A DNA stretch of 64,000 nt from Glaucostegus cemiculus (lineage: Eukaryota), in the NCBI GenBank assembly GCA_976551045.1, contig CDPCPM010000014.1, positions 38,068,001-38,132,000 of the forward strand, read 5' to 3'. Shown in pieces: positions 1-12,750 of the stretch (position 1 is its first letter; each line of letters begins with the position of its first letter). A program made the translations under genes and the position numbers. The notes under the pieces were generated by a model that worked only from the letters and a program-made list of their open reading frames with translations, was not told where the DNA came from and ran no database searches.

Positions 1-14
1 GCACAAAGTTCAAA

Positions 15-340
15 AACCAGGAAAGATGTGATGAACTCTGGTTCAGCCACATTTGGAATATTGCATCCAACTCTGGTCTCAGCAGCACTTTAGGAAGTGT
101 GTGAAAGCCTTGGCGAGGGTGTTGAAAATATTTACTTGAATGGTTCCAGGGTTGGTATTCTTATGTTATGGAGAAAGGCTAGAGAAGCTCAGATTGCCCT
201 CAGAGCAGAGGAAGTTGAAAGGAGATGTTCAAATTACTGGAAAGGATCTATGGGTTCGGTGGGTAAAGGGCAGAGGGTTGAGCCTTGCTAGTTTGTAGTT
301 GCAGAGGAGCAGTGTGGCACCAAATGGGTACCTTCTGTAA
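15..340 (+). mobile_element. Degraded CR1 LINE 3' fragment
   Basis: ctggttcagccacatttggaatattgcatccaactctggtct resembles the CR1 ORF2 C-terminal 'LVRPHLEYCVQFWSP' block, followed by a CR1-type 3' end. Confidence 0.75.
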
Positions 341-379
341 TAATGCCCGGCTTTGATTCTTTAAATAGACATTATGCCT

Positions 380-850
380 AAGAAGATGATATTAGGAGGT
401 GTGTTCAGAAGCTTGATCAAAGAGGGGGTTACATGTTGTCTAAGAAAGGAATGAAGGGATTTAAGATTAAGTTTAGAATGTGAAGCCTAACAAAAGACAT
501 TGATGAAGGAAAAGGTTTAGAGGACAGAAAGTTCAATGGAGTTGTACAGGTGAAGGTCGTTATGGAGATGAGGTATGAAGCAATTTAAATACGAGGATAA
601 GAACTTTGAGCATTCAAATATTGGGACATTCAACACCCATGTCGATCATCATGCACAGTGATTATGGACAAGTGGAACTTCAACAGGATAATGGTAATAT
701 GGTTTTGGACGAGTTTAAATTTATGGAAGTAGAAGGTGGGGGGTCAGCAAGATCAGCACTGCAATAGCTGAATCTGAAGAGTTACAGAGAAGTCTGGAAA
801 GAGGAGATTTAATGATGGTCAGGGTATAGGAATGGAATCTGTCAAATGTT
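380..850 (-). mobile_element. Old L2-like LINE fragment
   Basis: Purine-rich plus strand resembling the antisense of an L2 ORF2 3' region; highly diverged, family assigned by resemblance only. Confidence 0.45.
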
Positions 851-1719
851 ACAATTGCCCCCCCCCCAACATAACACTTTGCACACTATTAAGAGCATTC
901 CAGAAATTCAGACACAAAGCTTTCCAATCATAGAGATCTGAATTGCCAAAGTCTGATCAGATAGCAGATTGAAAGATCTTTAAAATCTCTGTCAATGTCC
1001 CCAGAGCCTATTTCCTTTATACTTGAAAAAAGTTGCTGATAGTGATGAAGCCATTCATGTGCTATTGAAAGCACCTTATCAAGGAAAAAAAATCTTGAAA
1101 ATCTCCTGTATTTTAAGTCAACATACTTATCTCTCCTCCGCTGCTGCTTAGTGTCTGTTGCACTTGTGAAACGTCTCACTGTACTTTGTGGAGGCAATAT
1201 CAAAAATATAGGCATTTTGCTGCTATAAAGGTGCTGTGTGAGTGCTATTAAATTCTTTGTTTTGGTTTATCACTTACTAAAGCATGTCCTGCACTTTTTG
1301 TAACTCTTCAGTCTTCTCCCTTGAAGATATGGATTTCTTTTGCTTGGGTCCTGGGGAATCTCTGACCTTTAACCCACCTAATCAAGCTGCACATGTAAGC
1401 CTTGATGTTGAAGGTAGACTATTTGAATGTAGTAACTGTTGTATCTAGGGAGATCTTTGCACAATTTCTGGTTTACACAAGAATTAGGAATTTAAGTTTG
1501 TTTTTTCCGACAATAAGTGGTGAAGTTAATTACAAACCACCTGGAGTCATTCTCATTGAGATAGTTTAGGACAGATGAATCTGTGACACATAGAATGGGC
1601 TGCTAAGTTTCTCCACCATGTTGGTTCTCTTCTATCTGCTCTAATTCCTGTCAGGTAGATTAATCCTTCAGAAATTTTATGCTGGCATCATCAAGCCACT
1701 CTTGGCAATGGATGTTGAA

Positions 1720-2100
1720 GACATCAACCAGCACAAATTCTGTTCCTATGTGCGTATTTCAAGATTTCAACAATGTGGAATACTGATTCATCAGCTGAAG
1801 GAGGATATAGAAGGTAATCAACAGGAATTTACCTTACCTGATGCAATGATACTTCACAGGGTCTGGAGTCTATTCTATTCTATTCTCATCCACCCAGGCA
1901 AAGGCTTGTCTATTCTCTTCCAACTGTAGCAGCCCTCTGATGCCTCTGTCCAACTGATGGGCAGGTTGTTTATCCAGGGATCAGGATGAAAGAATTTGGA
2001 ACATTCGCTGAAAGCTATGATTCTGTAAGTGTCATCTTGTCCTTGACATCTGTGGGATTGATTTGTCTAATTTAGGCACATCTCTAAATTTTTCAGGGTC
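1720..2100 (-). mobile_element. Degraded LINE fragment, probably endonuclease region
   Basis: Resembles the antisense of a LINE AP-endonuclease region; no open frame remains. Confidence 0.35.
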
Positions 2101-2905
2101 AGCTGGGCTGAGTGTATCTTTTTCATATCCAAGTTAGAGCCCATGTCATTGCCACATGGTACATCTAGTTTGGTATAGTTGAGTGGCTTCTTTGGGCAAT
2201 ATAGAGGACACTTAAGCATCAATCACATTGTCCTGGGTCATATATACCCATAAACAGATAAGGACACATATTTCTTTCCATTTGTGAACTAAGTTGAATT
2301 TTTGTGACAATTCCATAGTCATTGGTACTAGCTTTTTTTTTTGAGATTTGATAACTAAGTTTAAATTCTTCGGTTGCCATGGTGAGATTTAAACTGAAAC
2401 CTCTGGGTCTTTCATTCAGGCCTTGAGGTTATGAGTAATTTAGCCATAGTGCTTCTGTTCCTGCTACTTTAGGAGAATTGAAGCCACAGTTCTGGTAAAA
2501 CAACCTTTGCTGCTTTCTCGCTGCTTTCTGTTTGTAAATTAAGATATAGAAGAGTTTAACTGGCTTAAATCAGTTTGCGGTCAGTATTTTGGGAAGGAGA
2601 TTTCAAAAGAGATAATTCAGGGACAAATTTTGCCATTAGTCATTTAGAGGATGGTGAAAATATATTCTGGTTTACTTACAAATTTCATCCAACTGGGTTC
2701 AAAGGTGTGGTGTCAAAATACAAATAAACCATTTTCAGTTGATAACACATCAAACTGTGTGAATATTTAAATGGCCCAAGCTAGCAGTGCTGACTCAAGT
2801 TGCTTGGGTTTTTGTAACCCAAAAAGAAAACATAATGAGGATTTGTGAAGGAAGATTCACTTAAACCAGAACTGGAACCAAGAATATGGAATTGGATAAA
2901 AATCT

Positions 2906-3201
2906 TAAGATAAGATATATTTCATTAGTCACATGTACATCAAAACACATAGTGAAATGCATCTTTTTGCACAGTATTCTGGGGGTAGCCCGCAAGTGTC
3001 GCCATGCTTCCAGTGCCAACATAGCATGCCCACAACTTCCTAACCCATACGTCTTTGGAATGTGGGAGGAAACTGGAGCACACAGAGGAAACCCACGTAG
3101 ACATGGGGAGAGCATACAAACCCCTTACGTACAGCAGCCGGAGTTGAACCTGGGTTGCTGGCGCTGTAATAGAGTTGCAGTAACAGCTACACTGCCGTGC
3201 C
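2906..3201 (-). mobile_element. tRNA-derived V-type SINE
   Basis: Minus strand has a tRNA-like head with B-box GGTTCAACTCC, V-core GTGGGTTTCCTCTGTGTGCTCCAGTTTCCTCCCACA and a TCTTA-repeat tail; aligns with copies at 9941 and 24096. Confidence 0.9.
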
Positions 3202-3387
3202 TGCCCCAGTCACTTTTCAGTCACAAATCTTGTCACTTTTATCAGAGAAAGAGAACGGAGTGAGCAAAATTGCAGAAAATGGAATGGACATAGTTGGGAG
3301 CCTGTCGACATGATGGAAGGGAATCCTTGATGAAGGAAGAAAGAAGATAAAGTGGAGGTACTGGACTTAGTCATAAAGTGATATGGT

Positions 3388-3525
3388 AATATAGCATGGA
3401 AACAGGCCTTTCAGCTCAACTCATCCATGCCAACCATGGTGCCCACCGTTAGTCCAATTTGCCCGTGTTTGGCCCATATCCTTCTAATCCCTTCCTATCT
3501 ATGTACTTCGCCAAATGTCTTTTAG
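3388..3525 (-). mobile_element. CR1 LINE 3' end
   Basis: agcatggaaacaggccttttcagctcaactcatccatgcc is the antisense CR1 terminus, also seen at 14700, 30012 and 63835. Confidence 0.8.
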
Positions 3526-3784
3526 TGTCTTAATATCAAAATGTCTTAGTCAGAGTACCTGCAAAAGTGACTGAGAAACTAAATGGAATAAAATCCTTCA
3601 AGGTATTTAGAGGGATGTGAATTACTTTAATCAAGGTAGCTATGGTAATCAGTGAGCTTATTATAAATATATAGAGATTGCGCAAGGAAAGGAAAGGAAG
3701 AGTCAGAGGTACTCATGTAAGGGGAAATGGTACTGATAAGGCCATCAATGAGAAAGAGCAACCAAGTGAGACTGGAACACTGAA

Positions 3785-4030
3785 AGTTCCAAATTTTTGC
3801 CAAAGTAGAAGGCATAGCTTGGACCCACATAGGTTCCCATATCTCATTTGGAGGGAGTGAGTGGAATCAAATATTACATTGTTTAATTTGAGGGCAAGTT
3901 CAGCTAGGCTACAATGGAAATGTTGGTGAATCATTTTGCTTTCTATTAAAGTTAAAAGAGATTGTCCTGTGACCATCCTCGGAAACCTTGAATTTGTAAT
4001 ACCAATAAGTGTATAGTGCCAATCGGACTG
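3785..4030 (-). mobile_element. Penelope-like element reverse transcriptase remnant
   Basis: ORF 3713-3976 contains LAELALKLNNVIFDSTHSLQ, then a frameshifted GTYVGPSYA; this resembles PLE RT 'LAELVLTLNNFSF..THFLQ..G.AMGT.MGPSYA'. Confidence 0.75.
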
Positions 4031-4429
4031 TCATAGGGAAGGGGACAGAAGTCCAAGAGGTGAATTGGATCTGGGCTTTAAACTGGTTGAAGTTGAACTC
4101 AATTGAAGGCCTAGACCATGAAATTTCATTTCATCAGGTTGAACTTTGTATTTGCCCATAAAAAGGAAATATTTGGATGAAGATATGAAGTTTCTAAGGC
4201 GAATTTCACTTAATGTTGGTCCTGGCCACTGAACTGCACAATCCATGTATTTATACTGAAGAACATAGGGACCATTTGGGAATGAGAGTGATGGTGAGAA
4301 GGTGAAGTTTGATTATGATTAGCATGCATCTTGTTTAGCTGCAGGGTGAGTTATGCTGACAGCTTTCACTGGTGATTTTTCAACTGCTCATAGAAGGTGG
4401 TAATTAGCTTCCTCTGCTGTGACCTGCTG

Positions 4430-4530
4430 CGGTTCCTGTGTGTTTGTATGAAATCTGACACCATGCTTACAGACTGTGATGAGGAGAGGAGAGGCCAAGG
4501 ATGGAACCCAATAACATACTGGAGAGTAAC
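4430..4530 (-). mobile_element. L2/CR1-group RT fragment
   Basis: Minus strand ggttccatccttggcctctcctc...aagcatggtgtcagatttcatac resembles 'PQGSILGPLLF...KHGV.FH.YADD'. Confidence 0.5.
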
Positions 4531-7500
4531 CTTAAGGGTATTGATCTTTACTTTGGAATAGAATGTGCAAACTGTGGCCCATAGCATTTCTTGGGAGCAG
4601 TCCTGAGAATAGCTACAAACCAAAATTTAGTGTTTAATTCCCATTGAAGGTTCAATTTATATATGACAATTTTTCAGTAGATATTATTAAAAAAACAAAT
4701 TACAGTATTATAATTACATCACACAAGCATTCAGTCAAAATAAACCAACATTCTAATTCTGAGCATGTAGGGAGTATGTGAAGCATAGAATGATTGAGTA
4801 ATATTTGTGCATCAGGGGCCAGACAAAAAAGAGAAAATGGGCACACATGGATTTTAACTTAAGGAAAAGTGGATTGAAAACTAGTTCAATACAGGTGTAA
4901 AATATAAAACACTATGTCTTATCTGCAAGAAATGGAGAATGGAGCATAACATCGGGAGATATGAAGTGAAACATGCAACATAATACTGCAAATTCATAGG
5001 TGATGCAAGGAAAAGGAAGGCCGAAGAACTCAAAATTTCAACAACTCAAACATGGGAAGCTCACTGGATTACAAAAGTATCAAATCAATAAACTTCAACG
5101 TTCCACAGCAAACTTGTAAGTGAAAACGTTAAATTTGGGAAAGATAGTTTGACAATGGTGTCTGGGAATCCATGCACAAAAAAGCAAGGTTTATTTGTCA
5201 AGTACATTCTTTATTAAAACCCAGTAATGTGTTGTATTTAAACCAAGTTCCAGTATGTTTTAAGCTGATGTAAAGATAATTTGGCTCATAGAAATTTGAC
5301 TAGGGAGTTTTCTTCTGGCTGGCCCTAAGTACTCTGCTCTGATCTGAAAATGGTTTTCCAAGCACAAACACTTGGACATAGGTTTATTATTTTGCCTCAT
5401 AGTTTCAAACTCCTCTCTCCCTGATGCCATTCTGGTTTAACACAAGTTTGCATCATTATTTACAAAGTGGAGGAAATAATGAGCTGTTTATATTACAGTT
5501 GATAAATCCTGTATGAGGTGGCATGGGACCTGTATTGTTGATTATCAGCTTATGTTCTTGTGCTCTTTTCGAAAGGAAAAATCATTCTATTGCATGGTAT
5601 TTTTTGATAGTATTCATTTATTATGATACGAACTCTTCTCTTTCTGTGGTTGTGGTCTATATACACAATTGCTTTAGTTAGGCTTGAGGGCCTGGAGGTA
5701 AGCAAGTCAGATGATTGATTAGAGACAGGGAGGATATCCCACTATGCAGAGATTAACCCTCTTTGTTATTTCTCCCAATATCTTTACTATTCCCCACTTC
5801 AGTTGATATGAATGTTGGAGAGAATGATGTGATAGAAGAAAGTGATACACTGAGAAATATTAAACTTAGAACTTCATCAGTATCTCCATATTTCTGAACA
5901 AACCCTTCAAGTATTTGCCAACCATTTGTACAACAGTAAATACTAAAGAAAGTTATAACTTCTGTACAAACAAATATTTTGCTGAATTTTGAGCTGTTAT
6001 TAGGGCTGATCATAGAAGTAGAATGCTTTCTTCAGCATCCTGATATCCAGCTTAAGGTACAATACAAAACATTGTTCCACCAACAATGTGTCTCAGGCAA
6101 CTTCATGAAAATGAATTTTTTCCATTTTCCAGTTTAGTAGCTGAAGTTGAATTTCTAAAACTGTTAACATGAGAGTAACATTGGCAATGCCACATTTATC
6201 GTGTATTGTCACAGACTTTCTTAAATAATGTTTATTTGTACAACTAAGTGGCTGTGAGGCAATTCAAGAGAATGTTAAGAATGAGCTATGTAATGAGGTT
6301 TTATCACTTGTTGGTAAGGGTCTCAGCTCACAAATCACGAGATCTATTGAATTTATTTTCACAGTTTTCCATTTGAGATATGAATTCACAATGTCTGATT
6401 TGCTGCACTACTATACCTTTGCAAAAGCAAAATCAATAAACATGAAAGTAAAAATATATGGAAGTTAATTCTAGCTTGTATTGTCATCAGGGAATGTCTG
6501 TTAGTAATTACAGGCTTGCAATTGTTCATTAAAATGGGCTAAAAAGCATAGACTACAGGCCCTTGAGATTCTGGCATGAGTGCTCTGCAAGTGCACAGAT
6601 GACTGAAGCAGCCCTCTAATTTCAAATGCAAGGGACTACCCTGCCTGACCAAGTGACCATATTATGACACAATTGGTCAAGTGAACATCAGGCCATCTTT
6701 GTGCTGCAAGGTTTTTCACTTGTTACATGCCACAAAAACCATAGTAAACTGAATTGCATCAGATTTTTCTCATGTTTCCAGTTGGAATCAAACTCAGTTG
6801 TTATCAATAATCATTTAACTTATTTGTAGTTCCTTATCATCATATGAGAAGGACAAGCATGAACCTGTACAATTTTCATTTGCTGTGAAACAGAAAATCA
6901 TTAAAGCAGTATTCTTAATGTAGCTGGAATTTAATTTCATTCAGGAAATATAGAGGTTATTATTTTAAAAGTTAGTAATTTGTTTAAAAAAATACTTTTG
7001 CTTTGGTTAAAATTCTCCATGAAATCTTTTTTACAGGATTAACTTGGTGGCAGTTGACTGCATGAATTCTATTTCATATTGAGGCTTCTTAATCATAGCA
7101 AAGGCCTTAAAGTTAAGTGCAATAACATCTTCACTTAAAGGTCTGTGCTATTATAATATCTTATTATGGAAAGTAGAAGCATCCAGCATCAACTTGTTGG
7201 ATAGGAAATGATTCAGGATGTCATATTATCACTAAAGCAGAAGAGTATGGTATTGTTGATGTGTATTTCCAGCATATTCTATTTTTAATTCTATCTTCAA
7301 TTGGTGGTTCAGTGGATGCTTCAGATCTAGTTGAAGTATGAAACTGCTCATCACCTGTCTTCTCAAACATTCCTTATGCTTTGTATGTTGTAACAATAGC
7401 TGTAATTTATTTAACCAATTGCTCAAGGCTTAGTATTTTTGAATTAATCTTTACAGAGTTATAATTGTACCTTGTAAGCAAATGTTTCATTATGGTTAAA

Positions 7501-8351
7501 GGCAACTTTATATCACCAAAATATTGTTCATGCCATGGGTAGCATGCATGCAAGCATGTCATTTCTGTTGTTTTGGATACAATTTTCAGGGAATCTTGAA
7601 AGTAGACATCAGAGATGGTGCAACATGTAGCTGCTTTCTATTTCTGCTGTTAAGCTTTACACAAAGAAGCTTTATTAATTGAAAGTAACTTCATTAGACA
7701 TGGAAGTAATCACTCAATCCAGTCAGCTGTGTTTTTCTTTAACCTGTTCTGAGACAGAAGAGCTGTTAATGAAACAGAGTGACAGTGTTCCTTTTTAAAG
7801 CAGAATCTGAAGCAACTTCACGTTAAATGTTACATTTTGAATTCTGATTAACATCCAAACTTACAGAGGAGATTTAGAAGATCAATAAATTAAATTGAAA
7901 TATTGTAAAAAACAGATTGCAAATGGATATTAAAAGTGACCAAATTATAAAGATGGAACTTAATTATCAAACCTTGAGTCAATATGGAGGGAGACTGAAT
8001 TACTAAAGGAAAACTTAAAAACTGTAATATCTCACAGAATCAATATGTTCATTTTGAAGCCAGGAAGTAAATCTTGGCAAAGGAAGATATTGAAACCCAG
8101 AATAACCTTTACAGAAAGAAAAGAATAATCACACTGCAAAGGCTTTCAGACTGTGTTCTCTCTCACATCAAGTCATTAAATTGATGACACATTTACTATC
8201 TCAGCTATTGTATGCCTTTGAGTAACCAAGTTTCTTACTTTTAAGAGCAGTTCCCATAGTTTTAGTGGAACTTTCTAGAGAAGGAAAAATTGGCACAAAG
8301 TCCCTGATGGGAATTTATCTGTGACTTCATTGATTAAGTATAATAATTGGG

Positions 8352-9628
8352 AAATTCGGTCATTATTGATAGATCTACCAAGGGACAGTGAAAAACTTTG
8401 TTTTACATGCCATCCGAACAGATCATTCATTGCAACAATACATTGACACAGTACAAGTGGAAACAATGACAGATCTTATCTTAGAATGCAGAGAAAAGTG
8501 TTACAGAGAAAGTAAGGTCCAGGCAAACAATAAGGTACAAGGTCATAATGAGGTAGATTGTGAGGTCAAGAGTCCATCTTATTGTAGTGTGGGACCGTTC
8601 AATAGTCTTATTACAGTGGGATGGAAGCTGCCCTTGACCCTTGTGGTACATTGCTTTCAGGCTTTTGTCTCCTGCCCAGTGGGAGGGGGGAGAAGAGAAA
8701 AGGTCCGGGGTGGTGGGGTCTTTAATTATGTTGGCTACTTTACCGAGACAGCAAGAAGTGTAGACAGAATCCATGGAGGGGAGGCTGGTTTCCCTGATGT
8801 GCTGAGCTGTGTCCACAACTATCTGCAGTTTCTTGCGGTCTTGGCCAGAGCAATTGCCATATCAAGCTGTGATGCATCTGGATAGGATGCTTTCTATGGT
8901 GCATTTATAAAAATTGGTGAGGGTCAAAAGAGGAGATGCCAAATTTCTTTGGCCTTCTGAGGTAGTAGAGGCACTGAGGTGTCAAAGTGGTTGGATCAGG
9001 ACAGGCTATTGGTGATTTACTCTCCCAGGAACTTGAAGCTGTCAATCCTCTCAACCTTAGTACCATTGACGTGAACAGGAACGTGTGCACCACCCCCTTC
9101 ATGAAGTCAATGACCAGCTCTTTTGTTTTGCTGACATTGAGAGAAAGGTTGTTGTCATGACACCACGCCATTGGTCTCTTTATCTCCTTCCTATACTCCG
9201 ACCCATTGTTATTTGAGATTCGTTCCACCATGGTGGTCGATGAAGAACCTGTAGGTGGAATTAGAGCAGAATCTGGCCACGCAGTCGTGAGTGTATAGGG
9301 AGTAGAGTGGGGTGCTGAGGACGCAGCCATGTGGGGCACCAGTGTTGAGGATAATCATGGCAGAGCTGTTGCAGCCTGTCCTTACTGATTGCGGTCTGTT
9401 GGTCAGTAAGTCAAGGATCCAGTTGCAAAGGGAGGAGTTAAGTCCCAGGTCTAGAAGTTTGAAGATGAGTGTAGTGCAAGGCAGATGGCTTTCACCGTAG
9501 ACCTGTTTTGGCCATAGGCAAATTGCAGTGGGCCGAGGTCGTCTGGGAGGCTGGAGTTGATGCGTGCCATGACCAGACTCTCAAAGCACTTCATGATGGT
9601 GAATTTCAGAGCCACCGGGCAGTAGTTA
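8352..9628 (-). mobile_element. Rex1/Babar LINE, 5'-truncated, internally deleted
   Basis: RT motifs [16 protein letters not shown] and WCHDNNLSLNVSKTKELVIDF (ORF 8905-9339), C-terminal KVANIIKDPT (ORF 8481-8816); 3' UTR shared with copies at 34275, 42880 and 46203. Confidence 0.9.
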
Positions 9629-9940
9629 TAACCAGTCCAGAATGTAGTTTTGATAAAATGCAGGTGTAATGTTGACCTGAAATTTTAAAAAGAGGAAATG
9701 CACAAAGAAAACATGGCACATAAACCTCCTGATTACCTCTGTGTCTCTGTTGGCATTCTTATTGTTTCTTCATCTCTGGCTAGCTTCTCATTGACCTCCC
9801 TGTCCAGAGTGCCCTGAAGGCCTAACCTTGCCAGTCGCCTTCCTGTCCAGTTCACTCCATCTGGTATTTACGCAGCAAATTCACTGACCCTCTCATCTAC
9901 TACAGAATATCATTTCACTTGTGCATGGGGCCTTTTCTAT

Positions 9941-10250
9941 AGGATAAAGGTATCTTTATTAGCCACATGTACATCGAAACACACAGTGAAATGTGATTTT
10001 TGTGTAGAGTGTTCTGGGGGCAGCCCGCAAGTGTCACCACACTTCCGGCGCCAACATAGCATGCCCACAACTCCTAACCTGTATGCCTTTAGAATGTGGG
10101 AGGAAACAGGAGCACCCGGAGGAAACCCACGCAGACATGGGTGGGGGGGGGGGGGGGGGGACGTACAAACTCCCCACAGACAGTGGCCGTAATTGAACCC
10201 GAGTCGCTGGTGCTGTAATAGTGTTACGCTTACCACTACACTACCATGCC
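9941..10250 (-). mobile_element. tRNA-derived V-type SINE with internal G18 run
   Basis: Aligns end to end with 2906-3201; G18 at 10143-10160. Confidence 0.9.
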
Positions 10251-10260
10251 TACCCCCTTC

Positions 10261-10370
10261 CCAGTGCTGATGAAAGGTTCCCGAGCTCCCGTTTCTCCCT
10301 CCACACAGGCAGTCCAACCATTCCTGGCAGGCTTTGTTTTTATTTCAGTTCCCCGTCAGCTGCAGGATTT
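10261..10370 (+). mobile_element. Penelope-like terminal repeat fragment with degenerate hammerhead motif
   Basis: CTGATGAAAGGT at 10267, then tttctccctccaca...ttttatttcag, as in the other termini. Confidence 0.6.
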
Positions 10371-10380
10371 TGCTTTTGTC

Positions 10381-10540
10381 CAAACGACACGTGACGCAGT
10401 CAGCTGGCGCTAGCACCTTGTGGTGCCGCCCACCTCCGCAGTCAGAAGTCTTGGTGCTGAGGGGGAGAATGGAGCCTGCGTCTGACGTCACGCACAAAGG
10501 GACGTTCCCGTCTGGGTTGGTGACGCAGCCGCCGAGTGAT
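10381..10540. promoter_or_regulatory. CpG-rich cluster of CRE/ATF, E-box and GC-box motifs
   Basis: 14 CpGs in 160 bp; CACGTG 10388, GTGACGCA 10391 and 10520, CCGCCC 10426, TGACGTCA 10483. Confidence 0.55.
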
Positions 10541-10829
10541 AAGCATTGATCAAGCTCATTATGGATAAATGCATTGGATCATCAGCTTTAATGGAATTAT
10601 GATTTTGGTAATGAGAATTCCCTCCCCCACAACCTCCTCCAACTCCACCCTTGCTTCCCTTCCTTCTTTGAGCTCCTCTGACAAGTTGCTCAGGCTGTCA
10701 GTCAGTCTTTGTTTTCTCCTGGTTGTGTTGCAGTCCCGCAAGAATATCATTGAAGGACCTACTGTAACAGCAACAAGTGGCAAACCTCAGCTTGTTAGTC
10801 AGTCAGACTCCACACATTTTTGATGTGTA

Positions 10830-11570
10830 TTTCAAAAATAAACTTTATACATGAAAATGTATATACGAGTAATACAAAAAAAAATTGCATGGATTTCTTT
10901 ACATCTAGTCAATACTTTGTGTTATCACAATACTTTGTAGCCTCCTTGGATGATGTAAACTTCAAGTGTTTGAGAGGCTTCTAGACAGGACTTAGTCCCT
11001 CAATACCTAGTGGCAGTAGGACTTTGGACTGATGAGATCTTCCAGCAGCAGTTATTACTTGTCTTGGTCCGCGCCTTTGGGAACAGCGCGTAGATCAGAG
11101 TGTCCTCTATTTGGGAGCTGCTCCAGATGAACCTTAACAAGGACCCTTTTCCAGAACTCTTTTTTGCAAATGCACAGTCCACAAAGAGGCGGGTAATCAC
11201 CTCCTCCTCATTGTAGCCGGGTCTAGGGCAACAAGCACCTGAGTGAGACTCTGATTGTGTAGGAAGGATCTGACCGGGAGGGCCCCATCACTGCCAGCCA
11301 AGTGAGGTCTCGGTGCTTGTTGGTGAATTGTAGTGACGAGACATTCTGCCAAATGGTGTTGACAGACTGCTAGGGAAACACAAGATCCATCATGTCTTTC
11401 TCCTGCACTGCCTGCAGGGCATTCCAGGCTGACAACTGCCTCATGGATTTGTGATTGAAGGTAATTTTCTGAAGTACTTTTCCATAGAAGATGGGTAGCG
11501 TAGCAATTTCTAACTGAATGGTGTTTAGCCCCACCCATTGCAACACTGGGGACAGGTTGAGAGACTCCCT
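10830..11570 (-). mobile_element. Tx1-like (L1 clade) LINE 3' fragment
   Basis: ORFs 11197-11538 (GALPVRSFLH) and 11000-11200 (ITRLFVDCAFAKK, LIYALFP, CCWKI) resemble the Tx1 ORF2 C-terminal zinc-knuckle region; A-rich tail near 10830. Confidence 0.8.
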
Positions 11571-12307
11571 ACATAACTGTCACCTACTCTCTTTTCTGAC
11601 CTCTAGACTGAAATGATCTCTGTTCCAAGTGACTCCACGATAAGTAATTGATCATCCCTTTAAATAATGCCGGGGTAGAGGATTCCATACTCTTCTGATC
11701 TCCTTTCCTGTGGTCAAATGCTGCTTGAGTGTTTGCTACATAACTGTAATACTGTTTCAAAGGGAAACCTGAAATTGAGTGCGCCAAGGGGTTCGATATT
11801 ATTCATGTGCGATGGATATGCTCCATGCATGAGTGTATCATGTACATAAAAGAAGCTGAACAAAATTTTCATTGTGTGCAATGCCTGCTATTTGTCCATT
11901 TTCATAGTTGGTGAACAGCTTGGTGAAAGTTCTATGGCACTTATAAACAGCATTATGTGACAGAATTTCTGGATCAATCCTTCCAATAAAAGAGAAATAA
12001 TAAAAGAGAAAGCCATCTGGGATACCAAGCTCGATCCATTTGGAAGCTGGATTACCAGCATTAGATAAGCAATTAACCTTAATTGCTTTAGTGAATAGGC
12101 CCTATTAAATTTTTGCTCAGATAATTCTGCTTGCTGGGTATAATAACTCTTCCCCTGCCAGATCTGACCTTTCCCCCCAAAAAATTAATGTTAAAACCTT
12201 TGAATGTTTTTGCTTTAAAAACAAGAGTTCCTGGGAGAGAGATCCTCTTGAAGAGGGCCAACTTGAAATTCAAGCATGCACGTACAAATTTTCTTCCCTG
12301 TCATTTA

Positions 12308-12750
12308 AAAATTGAAAATGCTGGAGTCATTCAATAGGGTAGGCCGGGGCTGTGAAAGAAAAGCACAGTTGATCAATTTGAAATATTAATACTGCTTCTC
12401 TTTCCACAGATACTACCTGACCTGGTTACATTGATCCCCCCCCCCCCTTTCCATCCTCCACCTGGCTCTGTCTGCTCATCACTGTCACCCCCCCCCCCCC
12501 ACCACCCCCTTGAGCATGATTGCATTTATCACCTGCCAGCCTCTGTCTCAACACACCCTTTTACTTCTACATACTACCTTCACTCTACACTTCCAGTCTT
12601 GATGCAGAGTTCAGTCCGAAAGGTCAATCCATCCCTTCACCTCCACAAATGTTGGTTGACCCACTGAGTTCCTCAGGTAGTTTGTTTTGTATTACCTGAC
12701 CTGTTGGGTATTTACAGCATTTTCTGTTTTTATTTCAGATATCCAGCATT
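12308..12750. mobile_element. Nested Penelope-like terminal repeats
   Basis: Minus-oriented head (gaaaatgctgga..., 12308-12375), then a plus-oriented terminus (12376-12424 and 12690-12750) interrupted by another PLE end (12425-12689). Confidence 0.7.

Noticed and set aside
2886-3263. ORFs with similar peptides at 2886, 9986 and 24024 suggesting a gene family
   Set aside because: All overlap copies of the same SINE.
7529-7558. Cluster of GCATG/CATGC (RBFOX-like) motifs
   Set aside because: No supported exon nearby and the overlapping palindromic repeat can arise by slippage.
8388-8885. 165-aa ORF
   Set aside because: Antisense frame of a Rex1/Babar 3' region; similar peptides recur at 42922 and 34188.
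10143-10160. G18 run, and C runs at 858, 12436 and 12487
   Set aside because: Homopolymer expansions, mostly within repeats; lengths may be sequencing-dependent.
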